Shown here one piece after another: positions 20,381-35,300 of a stretch of DNA of 64,000 bases; positions within the stretch are counted from its first letter, which is position 1; every line of letters starts with the position of its first letter. This DNA is from Nitrosopumilus sp. (GTDB lineage: Archaea; Thermoproteota; Nitrososphaeria; Nitrososphaerales; Nitrosopumilaceae). A program made the translations under genes and the position numbers. The DNA is taken from contig OZ244732.1 in assembly GCA_965219345.1 (NCBI GenBank), positions 992,001 through 1,056,000 on the forward strand, read 5' to 3'. The notes under the pieces were generated by a model that saw only the letters and a program-made list of their open reading frames with translations, ran no database searches and had not been told where the DNA came from.

Positions 20381-23300
20381 GTGAATATTAATTACAAAAA
20401 CATATTGTGCCTTATGGCGCTGCTTTTTGTAGTGTATGGCACGACGACACTAACTGTATATGCTCAAACTGATAACCCACCGACAATCATCGCAGCTTCT
20501 GTGACCTCGACTACCGAGATAGTCCTGACGTACAGCGAGAACATAGAGGTCCCAACCACAAACGGCACGGGATTCGCCCTTTCCACCGGAGGAACGGTGA
20601 CGGCAAACACTGATCCCGCCGGCTCGGGCAACGTCATAACGCTTACCGTCTCCGGCATCACCAACACATCCGATACTCCGGCCATAACCTACACCGAATC
20701 ACTTGGCACCGTGGCAGACAGTGCATCAAACCAGGCGGCAGACCAGATCTTTGACCGCACAACCGATGACGCGCCGCCAACGGTATCTTCCATTGCAACT
20801 TCCGGCACATCAACAGTTGACGTCATACTGTCCGAAGACGTCATATACAACTTGGCAGCACCCGAAGATTTTGTGCTGTTTGTGCAGTCTGGCAACACGC
20901 TCACCTCCATGACTATAGGTGAAATCACGGCCGTTGACAACACGCTTACCCTTGACCATGACGCTACGCTTGCTAGTGATGATGTCATCAATCTGGAATA
21001 CAACAAAGCCACGGGCAGCATAGATGACATTATTCGTCCATCCTTTGTCGACTCTTTCTCAGTGGCATCACAAGAATTGTTCCCGCGAGATCTGGCCTTC
21101 TCCAACAACGGTACCAGGATGTTTGTTACGGGTGATGACGGCAATGACGTAAACGAGTACGCATTATCCGCCCCATTTGACATATCCCCCGCCACCTTTG
21201 TCGACTCTTTCTCGGTGGCAGATGAGGACCAAACCCCGATAGGCCTGGCCTTCTCTGCTAACGGAACCAGGATGTTTGTCGTGGGTGATGACAGCAATGA
21301 AGTATACCAGTACACACTAGCCGCCCCCTTTGACGTATCCAATGTCACCTCTGACAGCTCCTTCCTAGTGTCAACAGAAACGACATCCCCGCGGGGCCTG
21401 GCCTTCTCCAACGACGGAACAAAGATGTTTGTCCTGAGTTTCGCTGACAGTGTCGTATACCAGTACACACTAACCACCCCCTTTGACGTATCCACTGCCG
21501 TCTCTAGCTCCTTTTTCTCAGCGGCTTCACAGGACTCAATCCTAATTGGCCTGGCCTTCTCTGCCGACGGTACCAGGATGTTTGTTGCGGGTAGTCATAA
21601 CGATAAAGTATACCAGTACGCGCTGACTGCCGCCTTTGACGTAGGCACTGCCACCTTTGTCGACTCCTTCTCAGTACGTTCACAGGATGGCACCCCGCGG
21701 GGCCTGGCCTTCTCTGCTGACGGAGCAAGGATGTTTGTAGTGGGTGATGATAACGATAACATAAACGAGTACGCGCTGCCAAAACCATTTACGTTGTTCC
21801 CACAGCCAAACTCGCTTGCCAGCTTTACGGCAACCTTGGTCGAAAACAACATTCCATCAGATACGACCCCGCCAACAATCACCGCAGCTTCTGTGACCTC
21901 GGCTACCGAGATAACCCTGACATACAGCGAGAACATAGACGCCGACAGCACGGACGGCGCAGGATTCACCCTCTCCGTCGGACAAGTGACGGCAAACACC
22001 GATCCCGGAGGTTCGGGCAACACCATAACACTTACCGTCTCCGGCATCACCAACACATCCGATACTCCGGTCATAACCTATGCCGAATCACTTGGCACCG
22101 TGATAGACACCGCATCAAACCCGGCAGCAGACCAGACCTTTGACCACACAACCGATGACGCGCCGCCAACCGTGTCCTCCATTGCAACTGCCACGATGTC
22201 AATAATTGACATCGTGCTGTCCGAGAACGTCGCATACAACTCCGCGGCACCAGAAGACTTTGTGCTGTCTGGCACCATATCCCCAGACTCGGCCGTGACC
22301 GCAATCGCAGTCATTGCAGACACGGTCACCCTTTTCCTTGACGGCATGCTTGCTCATGATGATGTCATTAACCTGGCATACACCAGAACCACGGGCAGCA
22401 TAAATGACATTCCTTCTCCTCCGTCCTTTGTTGACTCTTTCTCCGTGTCCTCACAAGACGGAAGACCGCAGGGTCTGGCCTTCTCCAACGACGGAACAAA
22501 GATGTTTGTTGTGGGTGATGATAACGATGAGATAAACGAGTACACACTATCCATCCCCTTTGACGTATCCACCGCCACCTTTGTCGACTTTTTCCCAGCG
22601 GCTTCACAGGACTCATCCCCGCAGGGTCTGGCCTTCTCCAACGACGGAACCAAGATGTTTGTAGTGGGCAATATCGGCGATGAGATAAACGAGTACACAC
22701 TATCCATCCCCTTTGACGTATCCACCGCCACCTTTGTCGACTTTTTCCCAGTGGATTCACAGGATACAATACCGCGAGACATAGCCTTCTCCAACGACGG
22801 AACAAAGATGTTTGTTGTGGGCAATGACGACAATGACATAAACGAGTACACACTGTCCGCCCCCTTTGACGTATCCACCGCCACCTTTGTCGACTCTTTC
22901 CCAGTGGCATTACACGCATCATCCCCGCGGGGTCTGGCCTTCTCTGATGACGGACACGGGATGTTTGTTGTGGGTCACATCAATGTCGTAGTCAAGTACG
23001 AATTAACCGCCCCCTTTGACGTATCCACTGCCTCCCATGTCACCTCCTTCTCCGTGAAATCACAGGACGGCGTGCCATCGGGCCTGGCCTTCTCCAACGA
23101 TGGTACCAGGATGTTTGTTCTAGACAATGGCAACGATGCCGTACGCGAGTACGCGCTGTCGGATCCATTTACGTTGTTCCCACAGCCAAACTCGCTTGCC
23201 AGCTTTGCGGCAACCTTGGTCAAAAACAACATTGCACCACCAGATACGACCCCGCCAACAATCACCGCAGCTGCCGTGACCTCCCTTACCGAGATAGTCC

Positions 23301-26300
23301 TGACGTACAGCGAGAACATAGACGTCACAACCACGGACGGCCAGGGATTCACCCTCTCTGACGGGCAAGTGACGGCAAACACCGATCCCGCAGGTTCGGG
23401 CAACACCATAACCCTTACCGTCTCCGGCATCACCAACGCATCCGATGCTCCAAACGTGATTTACAACGCATCCGACGGCACCGTAGCAGACGGCGCATCA
23501 AACCAGGCAGCGAACCAGACATTTACCGATACGACCGACAGTACAGCTCCGACCGTGTCCTCCATTGGCACTGCCGGCATATCAACAATTGATATCGTGC
23601 TGTCCAAAAACGTCACAATAAACGGTGCGGCACCCGGAGACTTTGCGCTGTCCGGCACCATATCCACGGATCCGGCTGTAACTGGAATCACGGCCCTTAA
23701 CGACACGGTCACCCTTTCCCTTGACGATATGCTTGATGGCAATGATGTCATTAACCTGACATACGACAAGACCACGGGCAGCATAGATGACATTCCCGTC
23801 CCTCCGTCCTTTGTCACCTCCTTCCCGGTATCCTCGCAGGACTTGACCCCGCAGGGCCTGGCCTTATCCGCTGACGGAACAAGGATGTTTGTCTTGGGCA
23901 GCGGAGGCGGTGCCGTACACCAGCACACGTTGACTGCTCCCTTTGACTTGTCGACTGCCAGCTATGACAACATAGCGTTCTCAGTGACAGATCAGGAACC
24001 AGCCCCGCGGGACGTGGCCTTCTCCAACGACGGAACCAAGATGTTTGTCCTGGGTGACGGAAACAATGACATAAACGAGTACGCATTATCCGCCGCCTTT
24101 GACATATCCAATGTCGCCGGCACATCGGATGTCTCCAATGTCACCTCCTTCTCCGTGGCATCACAGGAATCATCCCCGCAGGGCCTGACCTTCTCTGCCG
24201 ACGGATCCAAGATGTTTGTAACGGGTTTTAACGGCGGTGACGTACTCCAGTACGCATTATCCGCCCCCTTTGACGTATCCACTGCCAGCTATGACAACAT
24301 CTCCTTCACGGTATCCCTCCAAGACTCAGACCCGCGGGACGTGGCCTTCTCTGCTGACGGATCCAAGATGTTTGTAGTGGGTTCCAGCAGTGACTCGGTT
24401 CACGAGTACACACTAACCGCCCCCTTTGACGTATCCACTGCCTCCCATGCCGACTCCTTCTCCGTGGAATCACAGGACGGCGCGCCATCGGGCCTGGCCT
24501 TCTCCGGTGACGGTACCAGGATGTTTGTCACGGGCGATGACAACGATGCCGTATACGAATACTCGGTATCCGAACCGTTTACTTTATTCCTACAGCCAAA
24601 CTCGCTTGCCAGCTTTGCGGCAACCCCGGTCAAAAACAACATTTCACCGTTTACAATCATTGCATCCTCCCTGACCTCGGCTACCGAGATAGTCCTTACG
24701 TATGACGAGAACATAGACGTCAACGCCACAGACGGCACCGGATTCTCCCTCTCCGTCGGGCAAGTGACGGCAAACTCCGATCCCGCCGGTTCGGACAACA
24801 CCATAACCCTTACCGTCTCCGGCATCGCCGCCGGCTCCGATACGCCGGATGTGACCTATACCGCATCCGACGGCACCGTGACGGACAATGAATCAAACCC
24901 GGCACCAGACCAGACCTTTATCGATACGACCGGCGGTACGACGCTGGCCGTGTCCTCCGCTGCAACTGCCGGCACATCAACAATTCACGTCACGCTGTCC
25001 GAAGACGTCACAATAAACGGTGCGGCACCCGGAGACTTTGCGCTGTCCGGCGACATATCCACAGACCCAACCGTGACCGGAATCGCCGCCATTGCCAACA
25101 CGGTCACCCTTTCCCTTGACGATACGCTTGATCATGACGATGCCATCAGCCTGACATACGACAAAACCACGGGCAGCATAGATTACATTCCTCTTCCGCC
25201 CTTTGCCGGCTCCTTCCCAGTAGATTCACAGGACAGGACCCCGGTAGGCCTGGCCTTCTCCAACGACGGAACAAAGATGTTCGTCACAGGCAGTCAAAAA
25301 GATAGGGTATACCAGTACGCGCTGACTGAACCGTTTGACGTATCTTCTGCCAGCTACAGTAGCAAGTCGTTCTCCGTGGAATCACAGGACGAAGATCCGC
25401 GGGGCCTGGCCTTCTCCAACGACGGAACAAAGATGTTTGTTTCGGGTGATGACGGCAATGACATAAACGAGTACGCGCTATCCGCCCCCTTTGACGTATC
25501 CACTGCCTCCCATGCCGACTCCTTCTCGGTATCCTCGCAGGACAATTCCGTGCGGGGCCTGGCCTTTTCTGCCAACGGAACAAAGATGTTTGTTGTGGGT
25601 GATGGCAACAATGCCGTATACCAGTACGCGCTGTCCGCCCCATTTGACGTATCGAATGTCACCGGCACATCGGATGTCTCCTTTGTCACCTCCTTCTCCG
25701 TGTCTTCACAGGAGAAATTCCCATTTGGCCTGGCCTTCTCCGATGACGGAACCAGGATGTTTGTAGTGGGTAATGACATAAACGAGTACATACTGTCCGC
25801 CCCCTTTGACGTATCCACTGCCCGCTTTGACAGATCCTTCCCGATAGATTCACAGGACTCGGAACAGACCGACCTGGCCTTCTCTGCTGACGGAACAAGG
25901 ATATTTGTAGTGGGTAATGGCAATGATTCCGTATACCAGTACGCGCTATCGGATCCATTTACGCTATCCCCACAGCCAGACTCGCTTGCCAGCTTTGCGG
26001 CAATTTCAGTTACAAACGACATTCCGGACACCACCCCGCCAGCAATCACCGCGGCCGCCGTGACCTCGGCTACCGAGATACTCCTGACGTACAGCGAGAA
26101 CATAGACGTCGCAACCACGGACGGCCAGGGATTCACCCTCTCTGACGGAGGAACGGTGACGGCAAACACCAATCCCGCCGGTACGGGCAACACCATAACC
26201 CTTACCGTCTCCGGCATCACAGCATCCGATGCTCCAGCTATAACCTATACCGCTCCACCTGGCTCCGTAGCAGACACCGCATCAAACCAGGCGGCAGACC

Positions 26301-29300
26301 AGACCTTTACTGGCACCACCCCGCTGCCGGATGATACCCCGCCAGCAATCACCGCGGCCGCCGTGACCTCGGCTACCGAGATACTCCTGACGTACAGCGA
26401 GAACATAGACGTCAGCACCACAAACGGCACGGGATTCTCCCTCTCTGACGGACAAGTGTCGGCAAACACCGATCCCGCCGGTACGGACAACACCATAACC
26501 CTTACCGTCTCCGACATTACCGACACATCCGATGCTCCGGCCATAACCTATACCGCTCCACCTGGCACCGTGACAGACACCGCGTCAAACCCTGCAGCAA
26601 ACCAGACCTTTACCGGCACAACCGATGACGCCCCCCCAACCGTGTCCTCCATTGGCACTGCCGGCATATCAACAATTGACATCGTGCTGTCCAAAAACGT
26701 CACAATAAACGGTGCGGCACCGGAAGACTTTGTGCTGTCTGGTAACATAACCGCAGACCCGGTCGTAACCGGAATCACCGCCGTTGCCAACACGGTCACC
26801 CTTTCCCTTGACGACACGCTTGATCATGACGATGACATCCTCCTGGCATACACCAGAACCACGGGCAGCATAGACGAAGGTCCTTTCGCCACCTTTGACA
26901 GCTCCCTCCCGGTGGCATCACAGGACATAATGCCGTTTGGCATAGCCTTCTCCAATGACGGTATGAGGATGTTTGTTTCGGGTGTCCATAACAGCGCCAT
27001 AAGCGAATACGCGCTAACCGCCCCCTTTGACGTATCCACTGCCACCTTTGACAGCTCCCTCTCGGTGGCCTCCGAGGATCTGACCCCACACGGCCTGACA
27101 TTCTCCAACGACGGTACCAGTATGTTTGTCGTAGGTTCCTTTGATCAGGACATAAACGAGTACGAATTAACCGCCCCCTTTGACATATCCGATGCCACCT
27201 TTGTTGATTCTCTCCCAATAGTCTCAAAAGACGCAGAGCCACAGGACCTGGCCTTCTCCAATGACGGTACCAGGCTGTTTGTCACGGGCAGTGACAACGA
27301 TGCCGTACACCAGTACGCGCTGGACACCGCCTTTGACATATCGACTGCCTCTGCTGCCTCCTCCAGTTTAATCTCTTTTTCGGTGGAATCACAGGACGAC
27401 TTCCCGATAGGCCTAACCTTCTCCAATGACGGATACGGGATGTTTGTAGTGGGCAGTACCGGCGGCAACGTACACCAGTACGCACTAACCGCCCCATTTG
27501 ACATATCGACTGCCTCCCATGCCGGCTCCTTCCAGCTAGGTTCCCAGGGCACATTACCCAGGGGCCTAACCTTCTCCGATGACGGATCCAGGATGTTTGT
27601 AGTGAGTGATGCCGTACACGGGTACGCCCTGTCCGAACCGTTCAAGCTGTTCTCACAGTCGGCCTCCCTTGCCAGCTTTGCGGCAACTATAGTTACAAAC
27701 AACATTCCGCCGGACACTATTCCGCCAGCAATCACCGCGGCTGCCGTGACCTCGGCTGCCAGCATAACCCTGACGTACAGCGAGGACATAGATGTCAGCA
27801 CCACAAACGGCATGGGATTCGCCCTTTCCACCACCGGAGGAACGGTAACGGCAAACACCGATCCCGCCGGTACGGACAACACCATAACCCTTACGATCTC
27901 CGGCATTACCGACACATCCGATACTCCGGATATAACCTACACCGCATCCGACGGCACCGTGGCAGACAACGCATCAAACCCGGCGGCAGACCAGACCTTT
28001 GCCGGCACAACCGATGACGCCCCCCCAACCGTGTCCTCCATTGCAACTTCCGGCACATCGACAAGTGCAATTGACATCATACTGTCCGAAGACGTTACAA
28101 TAAACGGTGCGGCACCCGGAGACTTTGTGCTGTCTGGTAACATAACCGCAGATCCGGTCGTGACCGGCATCACGGTTGCCGCCGCAGCTGCCGACACGGT
28201 CACCCTTTCCCTTGACGGCACGCTTGATCATGATGATGTCATCCTCCTGGCATACACCAGAACCACGGGCAGCATAGGTGACGGTCCTGCCGCCCACCTT
28301 GCCGGCTCCTTCCCGATAGACTTACAAGACTCATCCCCAATAGGCCTGGCCTTCTCTACTGACGGAACCAGGATGTTTGTCGTAGATCTCTCTGACAATG
28401 CCGTATACCAGTACGCATTAACCACCCACTTTGACGTATCGACTGCCACCTCTGTCACCTCCTTCTCCGTGTCCTCACAGGACATAAATCCGCGGGGCCT
28501 GACCTTCTCTGCCACCGGAACAAAGATGTTTGTTCTGGGCAGTGCCGGCGGCGGTAACGTACACCAGTACGCATTAGCCGCCCCATTTGACATATCCAAT
28601 GTCGCCGGCACATCGGATGTCTCCTTTGTCACCTCCTTCTCGATATCCTCACAGGACATAAATCCGCGGGACCTGGCCTTCTCTGCTGACGGAACCAGGA
28701 TGTTTGTCGCAGGCATTGGCAACAGTGCCGTATACCAGTACGCATTAACCGCCCCCTTTGACGTATCGTCTGCCAGCTTTGACGACACCTCCTTCCCGGT
28801 AGTCCGACAGGACAGAAACCCGACCGGCCTGGCCTTCTCTGCCAACGGAATGCAGATGTTTGTCACGGGCGATGACGGCAATGACATAAACGAGTACGCG
28901 CTGGACACCGCCTTTGACGTATCCGATGCCGACTTTGTCGGCTCCTTCTCTGTGGAATCACATGACTCATCCCCGGCAGGCCTGACCTTCTCCGGTGACG
29001 GAATGCAGATGTTTGTCGCAGGCAGTGACAGCAATGCCGTATACCGGTACGCGCTGCCCGAGCCGTTTATGCTATTCTCACAGCCAAACTCGCTTGCCAG
29101 CTTTGCGGCAACTACAGTTACAAACAACATTGCATCGCCATCGCCACCACCGGATGGCACTGATCCCCCAATAGATGATACCGTTCCACCGGAAATCACC
29201 GCGGCCGCCGTGACCTCGGCTACCGAGATACTCCTGACGTACAGCGAGGACATAGACGTCACAACCACAAACGGCGAAGGATTCACCCTCTCTGACGGAG

Positions 29301-32300
29301 GAACGGTGACGGCAAACACCAATCCCGCCGGTACGGACGACACCATAACCCTTACCGTCTCTGGCATCACAACATCCGATGCTCCAGTTATAACTTACAT
29401 CGCTCCACCTGGCACCGTGGTTGACGCGGAATCAAACCCGGCAGCAGACCAGACCTTTACCGGCACAACCGATGACGCGCCTCCAACCGTGTCCTCCATT
29501 GCAACTGCCAGCACATCAACAATTAACATCGTGCTGTCCGAAAACGTCACAATAAACGGTGCGGCACCGGAAGACTTTGCGCTGTCCAGCACCATATCCA
29601 CAGACCCGGCCGTGACCGGAATCACCGCTGTTACAAACAACACGGTAGCCCTTGCCCTTGACGATACGCTTGACAGCAATGATGTCATCCTCCTGGCATA
29701 CACCAAGACCACGGGCAGCATAGATGACATCCCTCTTCCGCCCCTTCTCAGCTCCTTCCCAGTAGGTATGCAAGACCAGGCACCAACCGGCATGGCCTTC
29801 TCTAATGACGGAACAAGGATGTTTGTAGTGAGTATTGGTAGTGATAGCGATAACGATGCCGTACACCAGTACACACTAACCGCCGCCTTTGACGTGTCCA
29901 CTGCTACCTTTGTCGACTCTTTCTCAGTAGGTTCACAAGACACAGTCCCGCGAGGCGTGGCCTTCTCTGCTGACGGAACAAAGATGTTTGTTGTGGGTAG
30001 TTTCGACAATAACATAAACGAGTACACACTAACCGCCGCCTTTGACGTGTCCACCGCCGCCTTTGTCGACTCTTTCTCAGTGGCATCACAAGACATACTC
30101 CCGCTAGACATGGCCTTCTCTGGTGACGGAACAAAGATGTTTGTCTTGGGCGGTGCTGGCGATGACATAAACGAGTACACGCTATCCGCCCCCTTTGACG
30201 TATCGAATGTCGCCGGCACATCGGATGTCACCTTTGTCGACTCTTTCCCAGTGGCATCACAAGACAGATCCACGCAGGGCCTAACCTTCTCTGCTGACGG
30301 AACGAGGATGTTTGTAGTGGGTAGTATCAACGGTGCCGTATACGGGTACGCACTAACCGCCCCCTTTGACGTGTCCACTGCCACCTTTGTCGACTCTTTC
30401 TCAGTGACATCACAAGACAGATTCCCGCGGGGCCTGGCCTTCTCTGCTGACGGAACGAGGATATTTGTCTTGGGTAGTGACAGCGAGAACGTACACCAGT
30501 ACGCGCTATCTGAACCATTTACGCTATTCCAACAGCCAAACTCGCTTGCCAGCTTTGAGGCAACCCTGGTCACAAACAACATTGGATCGCCACCACCGGA
30601 TGACATTGATCCCCCAATAGATGATACCGTTCCACCGGAAATCATCGCGGCTGCCGTGACCTCCCTTACCGAGATAACCCTGACGTACAGCGAGGACATA
30701 GACGTCACAACCACAGACGGCCAAGGATTCACCCTCTCTGACGGACAAGTGACGGCAAACACCAATCCCGCCGGTACGGACAATACCATAACCCTTACCG
30801 TCTCCGGCATCACGGCATCCGATGCTCCAGCTATAACCTATACCGCTCCACCTGGCACCGTGGTTGACAGCGCATTAAACCCTGCAGCGAGCCAGACCTT
30901 TACTGACACCACCCCGCTGCCGGATGACACCGTTGCCCCAGCAATTACCGCAGCTGCCGTGACCTCGACTACCAGCATAACCCTGACGTACAGCGAGGAC
31001 ATAGACGTCACAACCACGGACGGCCAGGGATTCACCCTCTCCGTCGGACAAGTGACGGCAAACACCAATCCCGCCGGTACGGGCAACACCATAACCCTTA
31101 CCGTCTCCGGCATCACGGCATCCGATGCTCCAGCTATAACCTATACCGCTCCACCTGGCACCGTGGTTGACAGCGCATTAAACCCTGCAGCAAACCAGAC
31201 CTTTACTGACACCACCCCGCTGCCAGATGACACCACCCCGCTGCCGGATGACACCGTTCCGCCAACGCTGACCGTGTCCTCCATTGCAACTGCCGGCACA
31301 TCGGCAATTGATATCGTGCTGTCCGAAGACGTCACAATAAACGGTGCGGCACCCGGAGACTTTGCGCTGTCCGGCGACATATCCGCAGACCCAACCGTAA
31401 CTGCAGTTGCCGCCGCCGCAGACACGGTCACCCTTACCCTTGACGGCACGCTTGATCATGACGATGTCATCCTCCTGGCATACACCAGAACCACGGGCAG
31501 CATAGATGACATTCCTGCCGCTTCTGCCTTCCCTGACGGCTCCTTCTCGGTACGTTCACAAGACCCAACACCAAACGGCCTGGCCTTCTCTGCTGACGGA
31601 ACAAGGATGTTCGTCACGGGCAATAACTTCAATGCCGTATACCAGTACGCATTAACCGCCCCATTTGACGTGTCCAATGTCACCGGCACATCGGATGTCT
31701 CCCATGTCGACCGTTTCCTGGTAGGCTCACAGGACACATCCCCGCGGGACGTGGCCTTCTCTGCTGACGGAACAAAGATGTTTGTAGTGGGTTCCAGCAG
31801 TGACTCGGTTCACGAATACGCATTAACCACCGCCTTTGACGTATCTACTGCCACCATTGTCACCTCCTTCTCCGTGGAATCACAGGACACATCCCCGCGG
31901 GGCCTGGCCTTCTCTGCCAACGGAACAAAGATGTTTGTCGTGGGTTCCAGCAGTGCCTCAGTTCACGAATACGCATTAACCACCGCCTTTGACGTATCGT
32001 CTGCCACCATTGACAGCTCCTTCTCCGTGGAATCACAGGACTCATCCCCGCGGGGCCTGGCCTTCTCTGCCAACGGAACAAAGATGTTCGTCACAGGCAA
32101 TGACAATGCAGCCGTATACGAGTACGCGCTGACTACCCCCTTTGACGTATCTACTGCCTCCTTTGGCAGCTCCTTCTCCGTGGAATCACAGGACTCATCC
32201 CCGGCAGGCCTGGCCTTCTCCGGTGACGGTACCGGCATGTTTGTCCTGGGTTTTGATGGCGCGAACGTACACCAGTACGCGCTGTCCGAGCCGTTTACCT

Positions 32301-35300
32301 TGCTTCCGCAGCCAAACTCGCTTGCCAGCTTTGAGGCAATTCCAGTTACAAACAACATTGCATCGCCATCACCACCGGATGGCACTGATCCCCCACCGGA
32401 TGATACCGTTGCCCCAGCAATCACCGCGGCTGCCGTGACCTCGGCTACCGAGATACTCCTGACGTACAGCGAGAACATAGACGTCACAACCACAGACGGC
32501 CAGGGATTCACCCTCTCCGTCGGACAAGTGACGGCAAACACCAATCCCGCCGGTACGGACAATACCATAACCCTTACCGTCTCCGGCATCACGGCATCCG
32601 ATGCCCCAGCTATAACCTATACCGCTCCACCTGGCACCGTGGTTGACACCGCGTCAAACTCTGCAGCGAGCCAGACCTTTACTGACACCACCCCGCTGCC
32701 GGATGACACCACCCCGCTGCCGGATGACACCGTTCCGCCAACGCTGACCGTGTCCTCCGTTGCAACTGCCGGCACATCGGCAATTGACATCGTGCTGTCC
32801 AAAGACGTTACAATAAACGGTGCGGCACCCGGAGACTTTGCGCTGTCCGGCGACATATCCACAGACCCAACCGTAACTGGAATCACGGCCGCCGCAGACA
32901 CGGTCACCCTTACCCTCAATGATACGCTTGATCATGACGATGTCATCCTCCTGGCATACGACAAAACCACGGGCAGCATAGATGACATTCCTCTTCCGTC
33001 CCTTGCAAGCTCTTTTTCGGTAGCCTTGGAAGACACATTCCCACACGGTCTGGCCTTCTCTGATGACGGAACAAGGATGTTTGTAATGGGTAGTGGTAAC
33101 GATGCCGTATACCAGTACGCGCTAACTACCCCCTTTGACGTATCGACTGCCTCCTTTGACGTATCGACTGCCTCCATTGACGACTTTTCACTAAGCCCAA
33201 GATCATTAGGCCTGGCCTTCTCTGCTAACGGAACAGGGATGTTTGTCGTAGGTCATGACATATACCAGTATACACTAGCCGCCCCCTTTGACGTATCGAC
33301 TGCCTCCCTTGACAGCTCCTTCTCAGTGGAATCACAAGAGTCATTCCCACAAAGCCTGGCCTTCTCTGATGACGGAACAGGGATGTTTGTCGTAGGTGAT
33401 GACATATACCAGTATACACTATCCACCCCCTTTGACATATTGACTGCCTCCTATGATGACATCTCCTTCTCAGTATCCTCACAAGAGTCATCCCTGCGGG
33501 ACGTGGCCTTCTCTGCTGACGGAACAAGGATGTTTGTCGTAGGTGATGACATATACCAGTACGCGCTGACTACCCCCTTTGACATATCGACTGCCAGCCA
33601 TGACAGCTCCTTCTCAGTATCCTCACAAGAGTCATCCCCGCGAGGACTGGCCTTCTCTGATGACGGAACAAGGATGTTTGTCGCAGGCATTGACAACAGT
33701 GCCGTATACCAGTACACACTGCCCGAGCCGTTTACGCTATTCTCACAGCCAAACTCGCTTGCCAGCTTTGCGGCAACCCTGGTTACAAACAACATTTCAT
33801 CAGATACCGTTGCCCCAACAATTACCGCAGCTGCCGTGACCTCGGCTACCAGCATAACCCTGACGTACAGCGAGAACATAGACGTCACAACCACAGACGG
33901 CCAGGGATTCACCCTCTCCGTCGGGCAAGTGACGGCAAACACCAATCCCGCCGGTACGGACAACACCATAACCCTTACCGTCTCCGGCATCACGGCATCC
34001 GATGCCCCAGCTATAACCTATACCGCTCCACCTGGCACCGTGGTTGACAGCGCATTAAACCCTGCAGCGAGCCAGACCTTTACTGACACCACCCCGCTGC
34101 CGGATGACACCACCCCGCTGCCGGATGACACCGTTCCGCCAACGCTGACCGTGTCCTCCGTTGCAACTGCCGGCACATCGGCAATTGATATCGTGCTGTC
34201 CAAAGACGTTACAATAAACGGTGCGGCACCCGGAGACTTTGTGCTGTCCGGCGACATATCCGCAGACCCAACCGTAACTGGAATCACGGCCGCCGCAGAC
34301 ACGGTCACCCTTACCCTCAATGATACGCTTGATCATGACGATGTCATCCTCCTGGCATACACCAGAACCACGGGCAGCATAGATGACATTCCTGCCGCTT
34401 CTGCCTTCCCTGACGGCTCCTTCTCGGTACGTTCACAAGACCCAACACCAAACGGCCTGGCCTTCTCTGCTGACGGAACAAGGATGTTCGTCACGGGCAA
34501 TAACTTCAATGCCGTATACGAGTACACATTGGCCGCCCCATTTGACGTGTCCAATGTCACCGGCACATCGGATGTCTCCCATGTCGACCGTTTCCTGGTA
34601 GACTCACAGGAATCATCCCCGCGGGGCCTGGCCTTCTCTGCTGACGGAACAAAGATGTTTGTCGTGGGTTCCAGCAGTGACTCGGTTCACGAATACGCAT
34701 TAACCACCGCCTTTGACGTATCTACTGCCACCATTGACAGCTCCTTCTCCGTGGAATCACAGGACTCATCCCCGCGGGGCCTGGCCTTCTCTGCTGACGG
34801 AACAAAGATGTTTGTCGTGGGTTCCAGCAGTGCCTCGGTTCACGAATACGCATTAACCTCCGCCTTTGACGTATCGTCTGCCACCATTGACAGCTCCTTC
34901 TCCGTGGAATCACAGGACTCATCCCCGCGGGGCCTGGCCTTCTCTGCTGACGGAACAAAGATGTTTGTAGTGGGTTCCAGCAGTGACTCGGTTCACGAAT
35001 ACGCATTAACCACCGCCTTTGACGTATCTACTGCCACCATTGACAGCTCCTTCTCCGTGGAATCACAGGACTCATCCCCGGCAGGCCTGGCCTTCTCCGG
35101 TGACGGTACCAGCATGTTTGTCCTGGGTTTTGATGGCGCGAACGTACACCAGTACGCGCTGTCCGAGCCGTTTACCTTGCTTCCGCAGCCAAACTCGCTT
35201 GCCAGCTTTGAGGCAATGTCGGTCACAAACAACATTGCACAGTCAGGTGACATTGATACAACAGTTACCATTGTGGATGATACGGAGGAACCAGAACCTG

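Noticed and set aside
33245-33256. GTCGTAGGTCAT in the giant gene as target of the C/D guides; also a gapped match at 16568-16578 in transposase A and an 8-nt match to conserved 16S AAGUCGUA
   Set aside because: All are partial matches that could arise by chance. They are kept only as candidates for a proper target search.
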